A stretch of DNA of 24,000 bases from Longicatena caecimuris (GTDB taxonomy: Bacteria; Bacillota_I; Bacilli_A; Erysipelotrichales; Erysipelotrichaceae): assembly GCF_004341945.1 (NCBI RefSeq), contig NZ_SMBP01000018.1, forward strand, positions 23,817 through 47,816, in the 5' to 3' direction. Shown in pieces: positions 16,228-24,000 of the stretch. The first letter of the stretch is position 1. Every line of letters starts with the position of its first letter. The notes under the pieces are model-generated. The model ran no database searches and had not been told where the DNA came from. It saw only the letters and a list, made by a program, of their open reading frames with translations. The translations under genes and the position numbers were made by a program.

Positions 16228-17679
16228 TCATTTCCCGTCTAGGATTTCATCAAGAATAGCATTTGCCAATCGCTCAAAAAGAAATTGTTTCTGATACGGT
16301 GTTCCCTTCGTACTCAGCTCATAAATACCTACGTTTTGTGTATATAGAATGGTTAAAAATTCATGAATGAGTTCTTGGCTTTTTACCTGATGATCATAAG
16401 CAGCTAAGGTTTGACAGAAGAAATCTTCTTTATCATGATGACCGAGAAATAAAGCGATGGCATCATCCAAACTCTCAACTTTTCGCCATCCTTGAAACTT
16501 TGCCTTTGCGTTTAAATAGAATAAGGCATGGACCGGATAAAATTGCAGACTGCTTTCATAGGTTGTCAAAGGAGTGATCTGATAACGAATAGTATCTTCT
16601 TCTTTTAGAAAGATGCCGGATGCATAATGTGCGAATAGTTGTTGCTTTTTTACATAAGAGATATCTTTACAGGCACTGACCTCACTACCGGTACTGACGA
16701 TGGCATTATCAAGATAGTGCAAAATGCCGCTATCATCATAATAAGCACTTGCGGCTATCTTGCGGGTATGACAACTTTTCAATATGGCATCTAATAATTC
16801 ACTTTTACCACTGTGGGTCATCCCGGCAAAGACAAGATTTTGTTGCTGTTGCGAACATGCAATATGCACCATGGAGGCATGAATAGGGAGATCATGCTTT
16901 TGAATACAAAGCGCATTGTATAAGGTTAAAATCATTTCTTTTAAGTAGAGAAAATGTAACATCTCATCCCCACCGCTGACCATACCGATGTATAAGGCAT
17001 TTGTCTGATCGTAATAGTAACTCCGCTGTTTACGATGGCTTTGTAACCCAAACAAGAGAAGGAAATCATAAGTAACACCTGGTTCTGTAATAGGATACAT
17101 GGCGGATAGAGCTGCCGCAAACCACAATGCTTTACGATGTAAAAAAACAATGCCTTGAAAATTGCCGATGCGGATACAGATGCCAAGATAGCTAGCGGCA
17201 TCCATACTGATATCCCGATATAAAAAAGTATCGCTTTTTCGTATCGGATATTGATGAGAATGTTTTGCCATAGCGATGACCGGAACACTGTGTAACTGTA
17301 CTTCGCTTAAGAAAGGAATATGACTCAAGGGAAGGTGCGCATAGGGATGCGATAAGGGGTGTTTCTTTACTTGATAGGTAGCATCAAAAGCAAATTGATG
17401 CATGGGTAAAATGGAGCCTGATTGTTGAACAAGACGACTCATATTTTCCCAAAGATGCTGTAAAGAGGGAGAAGGAACATCTGGCTTGGTGATGATGTGA
17501 ATTTTACCAATAGCAGAAAAGTATTGCAGAAAAGTTAATAAAGGACGGTAAGGGAAAGGGTTTTTTGTTAAAAGAGAAAGCACCATGGTCTCTTCAATAT
17601 CGTATGGATAACATTTTAATAATTCTTTTAAATAAGAGCGAGCACTGACTTCCTCATCAAATTCTAATGCAAACAGCAT
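16228..17679 (-). CDS. Uncharacterised protein with HPr-kinase-like P-loop domain
   Basis: 483 aa with SD AGGTGA 6 nt upstream. Walker A GMTHSGKS (res 286-293, nt 16801-16824) sits in the context IHASMVHI-x10-NLVFAGMTHSGKSELLDAIL...IAASAYYDD. This resembles the HprK/P kinase core (HG..V..GVLI.G.SG.GKSE.AL.L....LVADD). I do not recognise the N-terminal 260 aa or so. Confidence 0.6.
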   Translation of the reverse strand: MLFALEFDEEVSARSYLKELLKCYPYDIEETMVLSLLTKNPFPYRPLLTFLQYFSAIGKIHIITKPDVPSPSLQHLWENMSRLVQQSGSILPMHQFAFDATYQVKKHPLSHPYAHLPLSHIPFLSEVQLHSVPVIAMAKHSHQYPIRKSDTFLYRDISMDAASYLGICIRIGNFQGIVFLHRKALWFAAALSAMYPITEPGVTYDFLLLFGLQSHRKQRSYYYDQTNALYIGMVSGGDEMLHFLYLKEMILTLYNALCIQKHDLPIHASMVHIACSQQQQNLVFAGMTHSGKSELLDAILKSCHTRKIAASAYYDDSGILHYLDNAIVSTGSEVSACKDISYVKKQQLFAHYASGIFLKEEDTIRYQITPLTTYESSLQFYPVHALFYLNAKAKFQGWRKVESLDDAIALFLGHHDKEDFFCQTLAAYDHQVKSQELIHEFLTILYTQNVGIYELSTKGTPYQKQFLFERLANAILDEILDGK

Positions 17680-17784
17680 AGTATATCACCTGTTAAATAG
17701 GTATGCCCGCCATTAACAAAATAGTCAAATGATCTGTTGAAAACATACTTTCCTAGCAATCATCGTTATGTGTAAGAATAGATG

Positions 17785-17793
17785 TGCTATAAT
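17785..17793 (+). promoter_or_regulatory. Extended -10 promoter TGCTATAAT for the DsrE-like/NUDIX pair
   Basis: Perfect TGnTATAAT 35 nt upstream of the ATG at 17828, within the divergent intergenic region. Confidence 0.5.
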
Positions 17794-17827
17794 AAAAAAA
17801 AAGAATGCACAGAAAGAAGTGTTGAAT

Positions 17828-18178
17828 ATGAAAAAAGTTGTATTTCATATAGATGAAATGAAGAATTGGTCATTAACATTAGGAAATGTGAAGAATCTTA
17901 TCACGTTTTATGAACATCATGATGAGGTGTTTCAAATCGTCGTCGTAGCAAATGGTGAAGCCGTAAAAGGATATGGGAAAGAGGATACACAGGAAAATAT
18001 TGCAAAGGAAATCCTTGCTTTATTTGCTAAGGGAATATCTTTTCACGCATGTCAAAATGCGTTGCGTGCACAGCAGTTAGAAGCTGTCGATCTTCTTGAG
18101 CATATCGTCATTGTTGAAGCAGGTGTGGCTGATATTGTCGCATTGCAAGAAAAAGGTTTTACCTATATAAAACCATAA
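17828..18178 (+). CDS. DsrE/DsrF-like family small protein
   Basis: 116 aa from the internal ATG. The pattern KKVVFHIDE...IVVVANGEAVKG...ISFHACQNAL...IVEAGVADIVALQEKGFTYIKP is typical of DsrE-related (COG1416-type) proteins. Confidence 0.65.
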   Translation: MKKVVFHIDEMKNWSLTLGNVKNLITFYEHHDEVFQIVVVANGEAVKGYGKEDTQENIAKEILALFAKGISFHACQNALRAQQLEAVDLLEHIVIVEAGVADIVALQEKGFTYIKP

Positions 18179-18210
18179 CAATTGCATGAAAAATGAGAAG
18201 AGGTGGTCTT

Positions 18211-18657
18211 ATGAAAATCAAATTTTATGAAAAGGTTGATGATGAAAAGTTGCTATTTGCGGTCATAGTGGCTAAATATAAGGAACAATGGGTCTTTTGT
18301 AAACACAAACAGCGCAACAGCTATGAATTATGCGGCGGACATCGAGAAGCAAATGAGTCTATTCTGGATTGTGCAAGACGGGAGTTTTATGAAGAAAGTG
18401 GAGCGAAGGAATATCAACTAATTCCCTTGTGTGTGTATTCCTGCCTTGGTAAAACACGCGTAAAAGAAAGCAGTGATGAGCATGAAACATTTGGTATGTT
18501 GTATTATGCAGAGGTGTATGACTTTGATGAACTTCCTGAAAGTGAGATACAGGAAATTGCTTTCTTCACGGATGTAAAGAAGATACCAGAGTGGACATAT
18601 CCTCAGATACAGCCGATATTATTCGCAAAGGCACAATCCATGTTAACAAAGAAATAA
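18211..18657 (+). CDS. NUDIX hydrolase
   Basis: The ATG at 18211 follows AAGAGGTGG. Complete Nudix box GGHREANESILDCARREFYEESGA (G-x5-E-x7-REUxEExGU). Confidence 0.85.
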   Translation: MKIKFYEKVDDEKLLFAVIVAKYKEQWVFCKHKQRNSYELCGGHREANESILDCARREFYEESGAKEYQLIPLCVYSCLGKTRVKESSDEHETFGMLYYAEVYDFDELPESEIQEIAFFTDVKKIPEWTYPQIQPILFAKAQSMLTKK

Positions 18658-18723
18658 AAAAGCGTTGAAAAAAAGCTTGTTTCTATAACTAAAAAAACGT
18701 TGAAAATCTTATAGACGAAATGA

Positions 18724-18772
18724 AAGAGGCTGTCCTTAAAAGCATATGCGCTTTGCAAGGATCCAGCCTCTT
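18724..18772. terminator. Long interrupted hairpin between convergent genes (bidirectional terminator)
   Basis: Three stacked pairings: AAGAGGCTG (18724-18732) with CAGCCTCTT (18764-18772); TCCTT (18733-18737) with AAGGA (18757-18761); AAAGC (18739-18743) with GCTTT (18750-18754). U-rich tails on both sides are weak. Confidence 0.55.
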
Positions 18773-18783
18773 GTTCTTGTAAG

Positions 18784-21700
18784 TTAGAATAAATCCATAA
18801 TTTCATCTTTGCTCATGCTAGTAATCAAACCGTCATTCAAGTGAATGATACTATCACTTAAATCTTGTTTTAATTCTTGTAAATGCATGATTTTTTCTTC
18901 GATTGTATCTTTGGCAATTAGTTTAACGACCTGTACATTGTTGTGCTGTCCGATGCGATAGGCTCGATCGGTAGCTTGATTTTGGGCAGATACATTCCAC
19001 CATGGATCAAAGTGAATGACAACTTCGGCACTGGTAAGATTCAACCCGGTTCCTCCGGCTTTTAAAGATATCAAAAAAACCGGTGTAGCATCAACATTAA
19101 AGGCATTTACATATTGCTGACGCTGTACTTTTGGGGTGCTGCCTTTTAATAGATAGTAATCAATTTCGCGTTGCTTTAGCTCTTTTTCAATCAACGATAA
19201 CAGTGAGGTAAACTGTGAGAATAATAAGACTTTTTTACCCGATGCACGACAGTTTTCGATAAATTCCATGCACGCGTTAATTTTATTGCCTACCCCCTGG
19301 TAATTTTCATACAGCAAGCGGGGATCACAGCACAATTGGCGCAATCTGGTCAACATACTCAGCACCATGATCTTACTATTTTCAAAGCCTTTTTGTTTAA
19401 AGCTTTTATGCAAATCTTCTCGTATCAAAGATACATTTGCCATATATAATTTTCGGGTTTCTTCATCTAATTCGATCATCATCGTATGTTCGACTTTTTC
19501 AGGAAGTTCTTTTAAGACATCTTTCTTTACACGGCGCAAGATGAACGGTTCTACCATTCGCTTTAATTCCTTTAAGGTTATAGGATCATTTTCTTTCACG
19601 ATAGGAATCTCATATTGCTTTTTGAAGTAAGGGTAGGTATATAGATAACCTGGCATTAAGAAATCAAAAATGCTCCATAATTCCGCTAATGAATTTTCAA
19701 TCGGTGTTCCGGTTAAGGCAAATCGATGGGCTGCCTGAATCTGTTTGACAGATACGGCATTCTTCGTATTATGGTTTTTGATATACTGAGCTTCATCAAT
19801 GATTTGATAAGTAAAGTGGAAATTTTCATAGTGTTCAATATCACGTTTGAGATAATCATAAGAGGTGATCACGACATCATAATCTTTCGCTTTGTAGATT
19901 AAGGCTTTTCGTTCCTCCATATTCCCGGTAATCAAAATGCTCGTTAAGGCATCAGAAAATTTCGCGATTTCACTTTGCCAGTTCAAAATCAGTGAACTTG
20001 GACAGACAACAAGAGAGATAGCCTGTGGATCATGGAGCTTTTCATCTTCCAATAAAGTAATTACTTGCAAGGTCTTACCAATGCCCATATCATCAGCTAA
20101 AATTCCTCCAAAACCATAATTGGCCATCGTTTTTAGCCAGCGGAAACCATCTTTTTGATAATTTCGCAAAATGTTTTTCAGACTGTGAGGAACCTTAAAA
20201 TCAGAGTCCTTAACATTGCGTATACTACGGATGATATCTTTAAAAGTCGCATCGCGCTCAACCTTGATCATCTCAGCATCTTTTAGGCTTTTATCGATGT
20301 ATAAAGAACGATATTTGGGAACCTTGATTTTACCACTTTCGAGCTCTTTTTCACTTACATGCATGCCATCTAAAATAAAAGACAACTCTTGCAAAGCACT
20401 ATCTTCAATATTGACAAAAGAACCGTTGCGCATACGATAGTATTTTTTATTCAAACGGTATGCTTTTAATACCTCTTGCAACTCTTCGACAGGAAAATCA
20501 AAGGTATCAAAATCAATTTCTAGCAAATCACTTTCAATACGTACACCCATAGAGATATTCACACTATCACGTATCTGCAGTTTGCGGAATTTCTCACTGG
20601 CAAACATTTCACAGGTCTGTGATAATTCTTCAAAGCCTTTATTTAAAAATTCATATATGGCATCTTGTGAATGTTCAATATAGGCAAGTCCTTCCATCGC
20701 GTCAATCCGTGTCATATATTTGGTAAAAATCAGACGTACGGCAATTTCATCATTGAAGTTGCGACTGGCGGATAAGGAAGTATCACTGAACGCATTATAC
20801 ATATCATCTCCATAACAATACAGCAAACGTGCAGATATGACATTTTGTTTCGGCATATCGATATACACCTTACATTCTAATGGTAATGGCGCATACATAG
20901 AAATATCTTCACCATGCAGAGGCAGATATTTTTTGACATTTAAAATAACATTATTATAGAAAGCACTCATCAAGCCATCTGACACGGTTAAGGTATTATG
21001 ATGTTCTAAGCATCCGCTGAGCATTGGCTCACAGGCTTTTGTAAAATCTTTATCACAACGATAAAGGATATGATTCATAAGAACATATAGATGGTTTCGT
21101 CCTTTAAACAGACGATAGTCTCCTTCATTCAGAGAAATATGAAAAATCTGCTGGGCATCTTTGTGTATCTGTAAAGAAAAAGGGGGATTGGTAGCAAGAA
21201 AGCGCATGTTGATCAATGTTTTTTCTTTCATGCGATGCATGACATCCTGATCGGTATATAATTCATAAAATTCATCTAAAGCATCCGGCGTCATGCAAAT
21301 ATTACGGGATTGCGGGGCTTTTTCTAAGGCAGGATGATTTAAAAAATACAAAACATCATGTTCATGATGACGCATGAAATCAATCAGCTTTTGACTCGTT
21401 TCATCAAAGCTATAATAATTATGCATGAATTCCAGTTCCTTACCATAGGCTTTTTTTACATTATGGGCAATATCATCCAGAAATAATGCGATGTCTTTGA
21501 CGATATATTGTTTTTCATTGCCGATTTTTAAGGTTAACGCAAGAATGTTTTTTTTACGTATTTCTAATACGGGTTCCAAATGAATGGCTGTTTTTAAGTT
21601 CATGGCCAATGAAGAATAGACGATTTGTTCTTCGTAGATATTCATGATCTGAATGGCATGTTTATCGACTACTTTATTTTCCATCTGTTCCTTTTCCGCG

Positions 21701-22011
21701 TTTTTGCGCTTACTGTCTTCCATTAGGCGCAGCAAAACAGCAACACAATGTGCACAGGTCATTTTTTGGGCATGCTCTTCACAGCCACACAAATGAGCTC
21801 TTACGATGAAGTCATCCTTATCGATTGACATATTCACTTCCCGATATACTTTTTTATCTACGACATTAGCATTGACCATAATGATCTCAGGACTTGAAAA
21901 GTCATCGATATCCAACGATTTGATGGCTTTTTCCTTCATCAATTTTTCTCCCTTTTCAAATGTTTGCTCATCGCCTGCAAAGTCACGTATCTGAGCTATT
22001 GTAAATTCCAT
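18784..22011 (-). CDS. SNF2-family ATPase/helicase with N-terminal SWIM zinc finger (YwqA-like)
   Basis: 1075 aa with SD AAGGTGA. SWIM motif C75-x-C77...C86-x-H88 (nt 21748-21789). SNF2 core from about res 613: LRNYQKDGFRWL, ILADDMGIGKTLQ, DEAQYIKN, LTGTPIENS, and GGTGLNLTSAEVVIHFDPWWN...QATDRAYRIGQ. Confidence 0.9.
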   Translation of the reverse strand: MEFTIAQIRDFAGDEQTFEKGEKLMKEKAIKSLDIDDFSSPEIIMVNANVVDKKVYREVNMSIDKDDFIVRAHLCGCEEHAQKMTCAHCVAVLLRLMEDSKRKNAEKEQMENKVVDKHAIQIMNIYEEQIVYSSLAMNLKTAIHLEPVLEIRKKNILALTLKIGNEKQYIVKDIALFLDDIAHNVKKAYGKELEFMHNYYSFDETSQKLIDFMRHHEHDVLYFLNHPALEKAPQSRNICMTPDALDEFYELYTDQDVMHRMKEKTLINMRFLATNPPFSLQIHKDAQQIFHISLNEGDYRLFKGRNHLYVLMNHILYRCDKDFTKACEPMLSGCLEHHNTLTVSDGLMSAFYNNVILNVKKYLPLHGEDISMYAPLPLECKVYIDMPKQNVISARLLYCYGDDMYNAFSDTSLSASRNFNDEIAVRLIFTKYMTRIDAMEGLAYIEHSQDAIYEFLNKGFEELSQTCEMFASEKFRKLQIRDSVNISMGVRIESDLLEIDFDTFDFPVEELQEVLKAYRLNKKYYRMRNGSFVNIEDSALQELSFILDGMHVSEKELESGKIKVPKYRSLYIDKSLKDAEMIKVERDATFKDIIRSIRNVKDSDFKVPHSLKNILRNYQKDGFRWLKTMANYGFGGILADDMGIGKTLQVITLLEDEKLHDPQAISLVVCPSSLILNWQSEIAKFSDALTSILITGNMEERKALIYKAKDYDVVITSYDYLKRDIEHYENFHFTYQIIDEAQYIKNHNTKNAVSVKQIQAAHRFALTGTPIENSLAELWSIFDFLMPGYLYTYPYFKKQYEIPIVKENDPITLKELKRMVEPFILRRVKKDVLKELPEKVEHTMMIELDEETRKLYMANVSLIREDLHKSFKQKGFENSKIMVLSMLTRLRQLCCDPRLLYENYQGVGNKINACMEFIENCRASGKKVLLFSQFTSLLSLIEKELKQREIDYYLLKGSTPKVQRQQYVNAFNVDATPVFLISLKAGGTGLNLTSAEVVIHFDPWWNVSAQNQATDRAYRIGQHNNVQVVKLIAKDTIEEKIMHLQELKQDLSDSIIHLNDGLITSMSKDEIMDLF

Positions 22012-22184
22012 ACCATCACCTTATCTTTCATCTTATTATTGTATCATTATTTCAGATGAAACGCGATGAAGATTAAAAAATTTATCAATGTAAGAAGGAA
22101 AGAATTCATCAGAAGAAAGCGTAGAAATGCTACCACCATTCGTATTGGCAAATACCACCAATTTGTGAATACTTTGTATGCAAT

Positions 22185-22193
22185 AGTATAGCA
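22185..22193 (-). promoter_or_regulatory. Candidate extended -10 promoter TGCTATACT for the SNF2 gene
   Basis: The reverse complement of 22185-22193 reads TGCTATACT. If this is the promoter, the 5' leader is about 165 nt. Confidence 0.4.
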
Positions 22194-22250
22194 TCACATA
22201 TTCAAGATTTTACCTTTTTAACTTTTATAAAGTGAGAAATCACAAGATGG

Positions 22251-23543
22251 CTATGACGGTTTCTGCTTTAGGTAATAACAAACTTCATCAAAGTAGGTAC
22301 CATCGTAATATTCATAAGCATCATGCAAGGTGCCTTCAAATTGAAATCCCAGTTTTTCGATAACACGTTTACTTTGTATATTAAAAGGGAAATGATAGAC
22401 ACTGATCATTGTGCAGTGCAGATCTTCAAATGCATAGCGTAAGACTTCTTTTGCAGCCTCGACAACAATGCCCTTGCCCCAATAGGGTTTTCCGATCCAA
22501 TAGCCCAACATGCGATAGCCATTGCGAGGACGATGTTGATCCGCATCTAAGCTGATGAGTCCATACAGAGTATTATCCGTTTTCTGATAAATGCCCCATG
22601 TGTGATCGTTTATCAGAAAATTAGATAAGATTAGTTTTGTTTCTTCCAGAGAAGCATGCGGCTTCCATCCACACATGCGAGCAACGTCAGGATCTTTAGC
22701 CATCTCGTACATTTGTACATGATCTTGCATAGACAGTCGCTGCAGCCGTAAACGCGTTGTATCCTGTAAACGTTGACGTGTTTTATGGGATTGCAAAATA
22801 CTAATGAGATGATTGGAATGTGCAAGTTGCTCTCTTTGTTCACAAATGGCCAGATGAAAACGCAGCCATTCTTCATATTGTGGTTTTGTTAATGCGTTGA
22901 TCCGTTCTGCCAATACTTCTGAAAGTCCATCTTGACTAAAGGTTTTTAAAAGCGTAAAGCCCATGCTTTGAAAGAGTTGCTCTGCTTTCTGCACATAGGT
23001 GCTTACAAAGGGATCATTGATGACTTTAAAGGTAGTTGGATCATATTGTGAGCTATTCAAAAAAGAACTATTCGGATATAAGGCTTCCGTGGTAAACACG
23101 GCAAGGTTACTAAGAAATGCACAAAAGATAATTCCACCATCTTTTACAACGCGATGCATTTCATCCAAACAGATTCGTTGCTCTTCTTCTTTAAGATGAT
23201 ATAGAGGTCCCATACATAGTATGATATCAAAACTATCATCTGAAAACCTGGAGAGATCCATAGCATTTCCTTGGTGAAGGGTCAGCTTCATCTGTTTCTT
23301 CTTTTGTTGTTTCAAACGATTTAGGTGATGGGGCATCAGATCCATGGCACATACCTCATAGCCTGCTTCAGCAAGCGGTAAAGCATAAGCTCCAGTGGCA
23401 GCTCCTAAGTCTAAAATACGTTCATGTCCATGCAAATATTGTGTAAGATACTGCATGGTCGTAAGAAATTCGATATGCGCTGCGGGTGATTTCTGTAATC
23501 GTTCTTCTTCATGAACATGTTGATAAAGTTCTTCTAAATTCAT
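22251..23543 (-). CDS. Fusion protein: class I SAM-dependent methyltransferase (N-terminal) + GNAT (RimJ/RimL-like) N-acetyltransferase (C-terminal)
   Basis: The ATG at 23543 follows AGGAGG; the track start at 23606 has no SD. SAM motif I ILDLGAATGAYALPLAEAGYEVCAMDL, then DIILCMGPLYHL and VKDGGIIF. The GNAT part runs from about res 285 in track numbering: GYWIGKPYWGKGIVVEAAKEVLRYAF...NIQSKRVIEKLGFQFEGTL. Confidence 0.8.
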   Translation of the reverse strand: MNLEELYQHVHEEERLQKSPAAHIEFLTTMQYLTQYLHGHERILDLGAATGAYALPLAEAGYEVCAMDLMPHHLNRLKQQKKKQMKLTLHQGNAMDLSRFSDDSFDIILCMGPLYHLKEEEQRICLDEMHRVVKDGGIIFCAFLSNLAVFTTEALYPNSSFLNSSQYDPTTFKVINDPFVSTYVQKAEQLFQSMGFTLLKTFSQDGLSEVLAERINALTKPQYEEWLRFHLAICEQREQLAHSNHLISILQSHKTRQRLQDTTRLRLQRLSMQDHVQMYEMAKDPDVARMCGWKPHASLEETKLILSNFLINDHTWGIYQKTDNTLYGLISLDADQHRPRNGYRMLGYWIGKPYWGKGIVVEAAKEVLRYAFEDLHCTMISVYHFPFNIQSKRVIEKLGFQFEGTLHDAYEYYDGTYFDEVCYYLKQKPS

Positions 23544-23567
23544 AAATATCAGCCTCCTGTAAAGCTT

Positions 23568-23595
23568 ATTGTACCACTGATAAAATGCCTTCCAA
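23568..23595 (-). promoter_or_regulatory. Sigma-A type promoter for the methyltransferase-GNAT gene
   Basis: Read on the minus strand: -35 TTGGAA (23590-23595), a 16-nt spacer, then the extended -10 TGGTACAAT (23568-23576). Confidence 0.55.
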
Positions 23596-23674
23596 TAAAT
23601 CTGCATGTATAGGTAAAAGACGCTTGTTAAGAAGAAAAAAACAAGGCATATGCAAAAGAAATGGGAAAAGATAG

Positions 23675-24000
23675 TTAGGCGAGATTTAATCTATCTTCAA
23701 ATAACAATAGTTGTTTATAATTGCGTGTTAGAGGAAGCAGAGCTTTTAACTCATCGTGGTAAACCTTATGAAATTCCGGTGCCAGAGTCTGTAAGACAGG
23801 TAACAGTGTTTTCATGATATAGGTTTCCAATGTCTGGGCATTTTGACCATCACGCTTTAAGATAAAATAGTGCCAACAATCGCGTAATGCTTTACTGCAG
23901 GCTTGTACATCAATTTTTTGCATGATACAGGTTGGCAATGTTTTATCAAGACAGAATTGTGCATGACACATCCATATCAATAAAGGCAAGGGGGAATGGC
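23675..24000 (-). CDS. Hypothetical protein, 3' part only (ORF open to the window edge)
   Basis: The frame stays open from 23675 to base 24000. The track TTG start at 23989 has no SD, so the gene probably starts outside the window. I recognise no motif. Confidence 0.4.
   Translation of the reverse strand, partial: HSPLPLLIWMCHAQFCLDKTLPTCIMQKIDVQACSKALRDCWHYFILKRDGQNAQTLETYIMKTLLPVLQTLAPEFHKVYHDELKALLPLTRNYKQLLLFEDRLNLA

Noticed and set aside
18657-18706. Near-identical direct repeat AAAAA(G)CGTTGAAAA (about 18657-18670 and 18693-18706) after the NUDIX gene.
   Set aside because: It is short and A-rich, lies in a convergent 3' region, and no structural or coding role is evident.
22066-22191. 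41-aa highly basic plus-strand ORF (MKIKKFINVRRKEFIRRKRRNATTIRIGKYHQFVNTLYAIV) in the SNF2 upstream region.
   Set aside because: No SD or promoter. It overlaps the likely SNF2 promoter/leader on the opposite strand, and A-rich DNA read in frame yields Lys/Arg-rich peptides by chance.
22645-22655. TCCAGAGAAGC, a one-mismatch match to the PyrR-binding loop core UCCAGAGAGGC.
   Set aside because: It lies on the plus strand inside, and antisense to, the methyltransferase-GNAT gene, far from any pyr gene and without flanking attenuator structure. Most likely chance.
18784-23543. SNF2 helicase next to a methyltransferase, considered as a DISARM/BREX-like phage-defence module.
   Set aside because: The methyltransferase lacks DNA-methylase motifs and is fused to a GNAT. 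The two genes have separate promoters. No partner genes (PglZ, PLD nuclease, DUF1998 helicase partner, etc.) are present in the window.
1-24000. Scan for CRISPR arrays, tRNA/rRNA genes, IS elements, integrases, prophage genes, and long direct or inverted repeats.
   Set aside because: Reading both strands by eye found none. This is a visual scan only; tRNAscan, cmscan and self-dotplot analysis would be needed to exclude small or degenerate elements.

Overview
AT-rich chromosomal segment of Gram-positive (Bacillota) type, judged from GGAGG-type Shine-Dalgarno sites, TGnTATAAT extended -10 promoters, and PTS, PyrR and Dlt-type genes. I call 20 protein-coding regions; one is a low-confidence possible gene remnant and one runs off the right edge. 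I saw no rRNA, tRNA, CRISPR array, transposase or integrase. The left half is all plus strand. It starts with ptsI, followed by a translationally coupled three-component sensor: a lipoprotein with a sugar-binding fold, a YesM/LytS-type histidine kinase and a YesN/AraC-type response regulator, with no transporter in view. Next comes the most interesting locus, a tightly packed four-gene Dlt-like envelope-acylation operon. It encodes a DltA-like adenylating ligase, a DltC-like carrier, a 520-aa MBOAT and a membrane-anchored SGNH/DltD-like protein. The gene order is A-C-B-D, there is no separate dltX, and the MBOAT C-terminus ends in a DltX-type acyl-shuttle tail (...SDFIYGEF). The right half is mostly minus strand: an M3 oligoendopeptidase (PepF type), a UPF0016/GDT1 cation transporter, an M42 aminopeptidase, PyrR, an uncharacterised 483-aa protein with an HPr-kinase-like P-loop, a plus-strand DsrE-like/NUDIX pair, a 1075-aa SWIM+SNF2 helicase, a SAM-methyltransferase::GNAT fusion and a partial ORF at the right edge. 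CDS coordinates include the stop codon, as in the supplied track. Several starts were moved downstream of the track start to the ATG that has a Shine-Dalgarno site. All functional calls come from motif recognition by eye; no database or structure searches were run.
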